Below, one piece after another: positions 55,601-64,000 of a DNA stretch of 64,000 nt. The notes under the pieces are model-generated. The model was not told where the DNA came from and made no database searches. It saw only the letters and a program-made list of their open reading frames with translations. The stretch comes from Eledone cirrhosa. Taxonomy: Eukaryota. The DNA lies in NCBI GenBank assembly GCA_964016885.1, contig OZ024743.1, positions 155,124,001 through 155,188,000 on the forward strand. Reading direction: 5' to 3'. The position numbers were made by a program, and so were the translations under genes. Numbering within the stretch: position 1 is the stretch's first letter; each line of letters starts with the position of its first letter.

Positions 55601-56187
55601 TTGCCAGGATGAATGATAATAGAATACCAAAACAACTCTTTTATGGAGAGTTGGTTAAAGGAAAACGACCGCCACATAAACCAAAAAAGAGGTATAAGGA
55701 TTCCTTGAAAGCCTCTTTGAAAGACGCTAACATCTCTGCTGATACATGGGACAATATTGCTGCTGATCGTAATAAATGGAGAAAGACTGTATATGATGGA
55801 CAAGTTGATTTTTAGGCATCTCGAATCGCATACGAGAAAGTAAAGCGGGATGTGAGGAAGGGCATTGCTGTTGCACTTCCAGACGGTGAGGGTCCTCCTA
55901 TGGTACTGACATGCAGCGTCTGTGCGAGACTCTGCCTAAACAACGCTGGACTCGAAAGTCATCTTCGCAGGCATAAAGTAAAACCAGTGGTTGACTACCA
56001 GGCTGCTGTTGGAGATGCAACACATCATGCTTGCCAAGCATGTGGTAGATATAAGCGACATGCAAAAGAACACGAACTCCAACCACAGCCGGCTATTCCC
56101 AGTGAATGTTTTGGTTGCCGTCTCTGTGCAAGACATTTTAGATAATTGGCTGGGCTAAAAAGCCACATTCGATCGCAGCGGTGTTAG
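52690..56187 (+). mobile_element. Near-full-length RTE (BovB-like) LINE: APE endonuclease, RT and C-terminal C2H2 fingers; disrupted
   Basis: WNVRTL, IVALSETGL, DLNARVG, LLDYVL, TDHRLV, NYRGISLL, QSGFR, FVDLTKAFD, YADD at about 55051-55064, RLRWSGHLARM. Confidence 0.95.
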
Positions 56188-56528
56188 TTGCTATCATGTG
56201 TGTGTGTGTGTGTGTATAGATATGTTTATGTGTGCGTGTGTGTATACATATATATGTATATGTATATTATTATTGTTGTTGTTGTTGTCGTTATTATTAT
56301 TGTTGTTATTATTATTATTATTATTATTGTTATTAATGTATATGTGTGTGTGTATATATATATGTGTGTATATATGTATATGTATGTGTGTATATATATA
56401 TATATATTTTTTTTTTTTATTTAATTTAATTTTTTTATTTATTTATTAATATATATATATATGTTTTGCTCCTCGTGCAATGGCCATACTCGATAACGAG
56501 GGGGCAGCCATCATATGTATGTATATGG

Positions 56529-56637
<109 letters not shown>

Positions 56638-56947
56638 TGTGTGAATGCGTATGTGTATGTATGTGTATATGTATATGTATGTGTATGTATGTGTATGTGT
56701 GTGTGTTTGTTCATTTATGTGTTGCCTGTATCGCTGTCAACTTTATAATAATTTTTACATTTATTTTTATACTTATGTGACGGTATTTTTATTATTATAT
56801 TTTTTCTTAGAAATATTTGTGGGTGTGCGCATGTAGGTGTGTATACATATATCTATATTTGTGTCTGCGTATGTATGCGTGTATATATGTGTGTATATAT
56901 GTGTGTGTATGTACGTGTGTATATATGTATGATTCTGTGTATGTATG

Positions 56948-56992
<45 letters not shown>

Positions 56993-57105
56993 CTGTGTGT
57001 GTTTGTGTATTTGTGTATTTGTATGTATGTGTATGTGTACGTGTATGTATATGTGTATGTATGTGTATGTGTATATATATTTATATATATATGTGTATAT
57101 GTATG

Positions 57106-57140
<35 letters not shown>

Positions 57141-57283
57141 ATATATATGTGTGTGTATGTAATTGTGTGTGTGTGTGTGCATGTGTGTTTATTTTTCCTT
57201 TCCGTCTTCCTTTTCCAGCCTCACTTTCTTATAGATTATATTTTTGTTTTTAAAATCCAACGTCAATAAATACACCAGGATTT

Positions 57284-57344
57284 TTTCATTCCGATGATTG
57301 AAAGCAAAATGTGTTTGCTTTCAAGAAACCACTGTTAAATGAAA
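57284..57344 (+). ncRNA. Family B hammerhead, diverged (U4C) with compensatory helix changes
   Basis: TTTCATT CCGATGA TTGAAAGCAAA-atgtg-TTTGCTTTCAA GAAA CCACTGT TA AATGAAA, within a family B copy at about 57180-57415. Confidence 0.7.
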
Positions 57345-57412
57345 TAATTGCCTTATGTTGTTTATTACATAACTATTAAGCTCTGTAACCTACATATTTG
57401 TTCCTGGACCTT

Positions 57413-57483
<71 letters not shown>

Positions 57484-58489
57484 GGGAATAATAATAAGAA
57501 TAGGGAAGAAGACGCACGAGGTGACGGAGGTCATGAAATCGCTCCCGTAAGTTTTGAATTTTTAACATATTTAAATCATTTGTGAAATAACAACTCTTAG
57601 TACAAATGCTACGTAAAAACCCGGCTTGAGCCCCCAAAAATTCGGACCCAAAATATATTGTTATAAGGCTCAAATATTCAAATATTCAACTTTGTATTGT
57701 ACACTGTATATCCAAAAAAGAAAATGGCTATAAATGGAAGGAGAAACCCCCCCCTCCTCCTCTGTCTACACTATATAGAACAGCCAAACTCACCAACACC
57801 AGAAACTAGATACACCACCCACCCCATCACCTGTGTACACTAAACCACCACCGCTCACTACGGCCATCATTACAACCATTATAACATCACCGCCGCCACC
57901 ACCCCTTCACTCCTTCACTGCTACCACCGCTACAGCACCATCACTACAGTAATACGGTCACATCACCGCCACCACTGCCTCGGTATCGACATCACCACCA
58001 CCACTGTCTCAGTATCGCTACCGCCGCCAGTCTCCCACATCCTCAAGCTGGCTGCTGCCACCACATTATAGAATCCCTACTGCTAAAAAAGAGGAAGGCA
58101 TCAAAATATATAGATAGACTCAAAAGAAAAAAGAAAAAACAAACAACAAAACCAAAGCAGCACAGCAACAACAGCAAAAACGAGAAAAACAAACAGGGAA
58201 AAACAAAAAAAAACAAAAAAAAAAACCCCAAAAAACGTAAAGAAAATAAGAATGAAGAGAGAAGCAGGGGGACGGACAGAGAAGAGGGGGGAAAAACTAA
58301 AACTTAAAAAACAAAAACTAAGTCAGACATTCGAACACTACATTACAATGAAACTTATGCTTATTCATTTTTGGGGCCCTTTCTGCCTGTGTGTTTGTTT
58401 GTTTATGTGTGTTCGTATACAGCGTGGTGATAATGCCACACAAGAGCCAAGTGGAATGGCGGAACCACAGATGGATATGTAACCATACA

Positions 58490-61400
58490 TTCGCCAATCC
58501 TCGATAAAAGTGTTTAAATATCGAACATAAACAGTTCGAATAACGGTGAAATGGAGACTAGAACGTCATGTGACAGACTCTCACCCAACAGGTGCCCCCT
58601 GGCTCAGCAGCAGGAACCTGACTGTCAACCAAATACTGCTGATGTTGGAGGAAGGAGAAGAAGGAAAGGGGCCAGCACCAACTGGACGAAATAATTGAAT
58701 AGAACTGTTATGCAATGTTACCTGAAAAGTAACCCCAAGGAGAGGGGGTACAGGAGACGGATGCATAACATCTGGAACGAGATTGGTTTATTTAAATTAG
58801 ATGAACAAAAATTGGCCGGGCAGGCTCGGGTAATAAGAACTAATGGATGGATAAGCGAGCTGGAACTGGAGGAACTGAGCAGAGAGAATGGCTTGGAGAT
58901 GGCGGGTGTAGTATGCCAGACAAGCGAGACAGTGGGAAATGAAGGTGAAGAGGTCCTGAGAACGGAGGAACCACCCGAAGCAGACAATGATCTGAATACT
59001 GAGATAAATAATACCTGGAACAGAGATACGGCCACTGAGGAGATGAATGCTGACGGGCTAGGACAAGATTCGGTTGACATCCTAAATTTAGTGGTAGATG
59101 AATTGAACAATCATAGTGGGAGACCTATGAACCTAAGATTCGTAGACAGGAAAAAGTTAAAAGAAACAACAGCTAAGGTAAACAGAGTCATCCCATACCT
59201 TGAGGCGAGGAGCCTTCACCAGTGCAACAATATCCTCAAAGCAACAGCAAATACGGTGAGGAAACTACTTGGTATAAAAGCGAGAGGAAACAACAGACAA
59301 GAAAGAGCAGAGCCGTGGTGGAAGAAGCGACTGAGCGGGCAAATCGGGGAAATGAGAAATGACATAGGAAAGCTTGAGTCACTACTGAATGGGACACTAA
59401 AAAACATAGGCACTAAAAATAGACTGGAAATAAAATACAAAACTAGGAGGAAAAAGCTAAATATTATCATAGAGGAACTGAAGCTAAAACATTCTGGAGA
59501 GGAATATGGGAGCAGGATGTTAGACACAATGCCCAGGCAGGGTGGATTGAGACAGTACAGAGGGAGATCGGTGAGCAGGCACAACAACAAACTGATTTGA
59601 GTATCACAGTTGAAACTCTTAAGGGGCAGGCCAAAAAACTAACCAACTGGAAATCACCAGGCCCAGATGGTGTGCAGGGGTATTGGATTAAACATTTAAC
59701 ATCCCTCCACCCGAAGCTGACGGCCATGTTCAATGACTGCTTGGTGTCGGGTGAGGTGCCAGAGTGGTTGACAAAAGGTACCACAGTTCTGATAATGAAA
59801 GACCGAATCAAGGGTAATGATGTTACCAACTATAGACCTATCACATGTCTGTCCGTAATGTGGAAACTGTTGACGAGCATTGTGTCTGAGGAAATCTACC
59901 ATCACCTCCACACAAACAACTTGTTACCGGACGAACAGAAAGGATGCCGAAAGAAGTCACGTGGTACAAAGGACCAGTTACTTATTGATAAGATGGTAAT
60001 GGGGAATTGCAGGAGGAGACACACTGATCTTGCCATGGGATGGATAGACTACAGAAAGGCATTTGACATGGTGCCTCATTCCTGGATCACCAAAAGCCTG
60101 GAGATCTTCAGGGTGGCAGATAACATCAGACAGTTGATAGGCAGGAGTATGGGGTCCTGGGAGACAGAGTTGACATCAACTGGAGTATCCTTGGGAAGCG
60201 TGAAGATCAAGAGAGGTATCTTCCAGGGAGATAGCCTGTCCCCTCTGTTGTTTGTCCTTGCCCTGATGCCCTTGACCATTATGCTGCGAAAAGTGAGAGC
60301 AGGATACAAGTTGGGAAGAGGAGAGCTTACCATCAATCACCTCCTCTTCGGGAAAAGTGAGAAGGAGTTGGATGTGCTTGTTGACACTGTCCGTATTTTC
60401 AGCAGTGATATATGTATGCAGTTTGGTATTGGTAAATGTGGAGTCATTGTGATGAAGAGGGGTAGGTTGAGCAGATGTAACGGGATCCAGATACCAAGAG
60501 GTGAGATGATAAGGGAAATTGACTCTGAGGAGGGATACAAGGATTTGGGCGTTCTGGAGGCTGATGGCATAAAGAACAAAAAAAATGAAGGAATTGTTAA
60601 GAACTGAATACATTCGGAGAGTAAGGAGCGTATTGAAGTCACATCTGAACAGCAGAAATGCCATAAGCGCAGTAAATTCCCGAGCTGTGTCTATTATTAG
60701 GTACAGTGCGGGAATTCTGAGATGGAATGTTGCTGAACAAAAAGAAATGGATAGGAAGACTAGGAAGCTATTGACTATCTACAACATGTTCCACAAGAGG
60801 AGTGATGTCGATAGACTCTACCTAAGGAGATGTGCGGGTGGAAGAGGTCTTATCAGCATAGAGGACTGTGTTCAGATGGAGAAAAACAACATATACAAAT
60901 ACGTGACCTATAGTAGGAGCCAATGCTCAGAACTGTACTGAAGGAGGGGTCAGTAGGCCAGGGGATGTCCAAGGAGGAAATAACATCAAGGAGGAAGAGC
61001 AGCCTTAAGGGAAAATCCCTTCATAGTACCTTCTTTGAGAAAACTGAATTTAGAGATCCACAGACATGGAACTGGTTGAGAAGAGGAGACCTCAAAAAGG
61101 CTACAGAAGGAATGCTAATGGCTGCGCAGGAGCAGGCCCTCAAAAGGAAGTGGTTGAAGCACCATATCTACAAGGAGGAGGCTAGCCCACTGTGCGAATC
61201 TGTAGAGAGAGAGAGGAGACTGTGGCTCACATTGTGTCCGAGTGTAAACACCTAGCCCAGACCCACTATAAGGGCTGGAGACACGATGTGATGGGCAGGG
61301 TGATCCACTGGCACCTGTGCAAAGTAAACAATTTACCACATTCTGAGAAATGGTATGAGCATAGGCCAGAGGCGGTGATGGAGAACAATCAGGTGAAGGT

Positions 61401-61847
61401 GCTGTGGGATTTTAGGATACAGACGGACAAAAAACTGGAACACAATAGACCTGACCTGGTGGTTGTGGACAAAGAAAAAAGATCGTGTCTGATTGTGGAT
61501 GTGGCCTGCCCGTTCGACACGAGAGTGCAAGAGAAGGAGAGGGAGAAAATTAACCGATACCAGGACCTAAAGTGGGAGGTGAAAAGGATTTGGAACTGCC
61601 ATGAAGTCAAAGTGATCCCGATTGTCATACGCGCACTGGGGACTATCTCCAAATGTTTCCAGGGATGGTTAAAGAAAATCGGCCCCTTCACGCTTTTTGG
61701 AACGCTTCAAAAGGCATGCTTGCTTGGAACAGCAAGAACCCTCCGATACGTCCTGAATATCTGAGGCTGCAGGTAGTGGCTTGATATTCAATCCAACGGA
61801 CTTTCCAGTTAACCAACATCAATGACTGAGATTCAAGGAATAACAAC

Positions 61848-61886
<39 letters not shown>
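58490..61886 (+). mobile_element. Near-full-length R4/Dong-like retrotransposon with (TAA)n tail; internal deletions and frameshifts
   Basis: WKSPGPDGVQGYWIK, YRPITCL, EQKGC, WIDYRKAFD, RGIFQGDSLSPLLF, GGRGL, CRIC..ETVAHIVSEC, RHD, RPD. Confidence 0.96.
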
Positions 61887-61887
<1 letters not shown>

Positions 61888-62833
61888 TTTTCTTTATTAA
61901 CCACAAGGGTTTACATGAAGTAGACATTAAGGACAGTACAGGACAATACAGGACGTTGCAAATGGGCATTTCTGCGTGTAAAAAAAACAGAGGATGAAAT
62001 AAAGTAACAAAGAAAAATTCCCCAATAGGGGGGAGACTTCCGAGGGACATTTGTGGAGAAAGCCCATTAAAAGACCACAGTGGCCCTGACCACCAGGGCA
62101 AGTGCCCTCTCCCAGTTTTCCACCTTTAATTTACAGACACATACTCAGAGAAAGCCCATTCATTCGGGCCATACTTGCTTCTCTCACCCATCTTTCAACA
62201 AAATGCTGGGAAGAGAGCACTTCCCTCTCTACCCTGATTTTCCTTTTCAGATGAAATTTGAAAAAGTTAATCAGGGCATCACCGAGAGGTAAGTGGTCGT
62301 CTTCAGGCCTTTCAAACGTGTCCACCATACTATCTCTTTCGCCATGGCCACCAGACAGATAAAAACTGCCTGCCCTTCCCGGCTAAAGGAAGGGGGCGGG
62401 GCAATCCTCACGATGGACTCAGTTGATAGCTGGATCCGTCCTACACGTGACAGCAGGTGTTCGACATAAACCCACAAGCCAGCAATGCTCGGACACTGGA
62501 CGAGTGCGTGAAGGACGGTTTCGTCGCCCTGCGCGCATCTCGGACATGCCCGTTTGACGGCACCTCCATGCCTGTAGAGTTTATCCCGAACTGGCAAAGC
62601 TCCTCGGTAGCACTGCCAGGCCAGGGATTTCTGGAAGTTGTCCATAGGCCCCGGCCCGAAAGTCCTTCCGAAGAGATTGGCTAGTAGATTTTCGTCGACG
62701 CCTAGAGTTTCTCCAAGTACGTCGTCGCTCTTCCGCTCCACTAATCCCCTATAGAACGCCAAGGTGGAGTTTCCACCGATCACATTGCCCGATTGGTCGA
62801 GGGCTGTGAGCGCCTGAAGACATTCCAGTCTCA
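61887..62833 (-). mobile_element. 3' fragment of an L1/Tx1-like LINE inserted in (AAT)n
   Basis: WQCYRGALPVRDKL...CPRC..DETVLHALVQC...IVWWTR (zf-RVT-type C-terminus); AATAAA near the 3' end; (AAT)n on both sides. Confidence 0.8.
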
Positions 62834-62851
62834 ATAATAATAATAATAATA

Positions 62852-64000
62852 AGGACTAGATAAATGCGCCAGAGCAACGTTCAACAGAGGAAAGCTGCTG
62901 AAGAGTTCAGACATTAATCTTGATCGGGGGAACGTGATAAGAGAACTTGATCAAGAAAAAACTTACAAATATCTAGGTGTTTGTGAAGGAGGCGGAATCA
63001 AGCACTCGACAATGAGGGAAAGGATAAGGAAGGAATATTACCGCAGAGTAAGAGCAATCTTGAGAACGGAATTGAATGCAAGGAATAGGATCGATGCCAT
63101 AAACACGCTTGCCATACCAGTAGTAACCTACAGTTACAATGTCATCAACTGCTCAAGCAAAGAGATCCGTAGGCTCGATACAAAAATTCGAAAATTCTTA
63201 ACCATGCACAGAATGCATCACCCTAAGGCAGATATAGATAGAATATATCTCCCTAGGAAAGAAGGAGGACGTGGGTTAATCCAGTTAGACATTGCGTTGA
63301 AAACTGCAACAATATGATTATCTACATATCTAAGGGAATCACATGATTGGATGATCAAACTCGTTTTGAAACACGAAAGCATCAACAGATCATATTCCAT
63401 TACAAAAGATGCACAAATATACAGTAATGGACTACAAATTTCAGAAGTCCCATTTACTGCTGAAATGGTAAACACAGAAAAAGCAAAGCAGGTAAAAGTA
63501 ACTGCAAAGAAAGAACTGCTACAGAAACTGGCTAAGAAATGGCAAGAAAAGCCTCTGTATGGAAAATACCCAGAGCGAGCTAACAATCCTGATGTTGTCA
63601 AAACTTTAACCCATCAGTGGTTGGCATCCTCTGGACTGAAATCGGAGACTGAAGGACTGATTATATCGGCACAAGATCAGTGTCTGCCAACAAAACTTAC
63701 CAACATAATAAAAAATGGGTGCAGCCCATTATGCCGTGTATGCAAAAAACAACCAGAGACCATTGACCATATAATTTCAATGTGCAGTCCTATAGCTCCA
63801 ACCGAATACCTAAACAGGCATGACAGAGCTGCACAATACATATATTGGATAATGTGAAAGCATTTTGACCTGCCCCATCAAAAGAATTGGTGGGAGCATC
63901 AACCACCTCCCATACTTGAAAAAGATCACATCTCAATCTTGTGGAACTTTAGCATCCAAACAGACCGAAAAATAGATGCAAATAGACCTGATATAATATT
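62852..64000 (+). mobile_element. 5'-truncated R4/Dong-like element of a second subfamily, running off the window
   Basis: YKYLG, RIYLPRKEGGRGL, ETEGLIISAQDQ, CRVC..ETIDHIISMC, RHD, NRPD. Confidence 0.93.

Noticed and set aside
57740-58320. CAC/ACC-rich and A-rich tracts
   Set aside because: Degenerate simple repeats with no supportable function.
58718-61691. Antisense ORFs over the R4 element, and similarly over the RTE and PLEs
   Set aside because: Shadow frames of the coding strand with no independent motifs.

Overview
AT-rich, microsatellite-saturated metazoan DNA. The repeat content looks cephalopod/octopus-like (inference), and no host gene could be called with confidence. Nearly all long 'YIYI' ORFs are translated (TA)n/(TG)n arrays. 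Three types of Penelope-like elements (PLEs) are present. Several are Hydra-clade-like RT + C-terminal GIY-YIG copies, including an uninterrupted 838-aa ORF at 15862-18378; there is also a decayed Penelope/Poseidon-type copy and a Naiad-like RT fragment. The last 13 kb is a LINE cluster (three R4/Dong-like, one RTE, one L1/Tx1-like); the R4 and Tx1 copies sit in (TAA)n tracts. There are also tRNA-derived SINEs and small MITEs. The main feature the ORF track misses is a dense set of type I hammerhead ribozyme (HHR) motifs, more than 20 complete or partial copies from about 8-10 unrelated sequence families. They include a 311-bp non-coding tandem array with one minimal HHR per unit and a fold-back inversion (retrozyme-like), and at least four unrelated HHRs with a compensatory U3-A8 core instead of C3-G8. 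Several HHR modules occur as tail-out inverted pairs joined to (TA)n at both outer ends. All folds were read by eye and none is experimentally tested.
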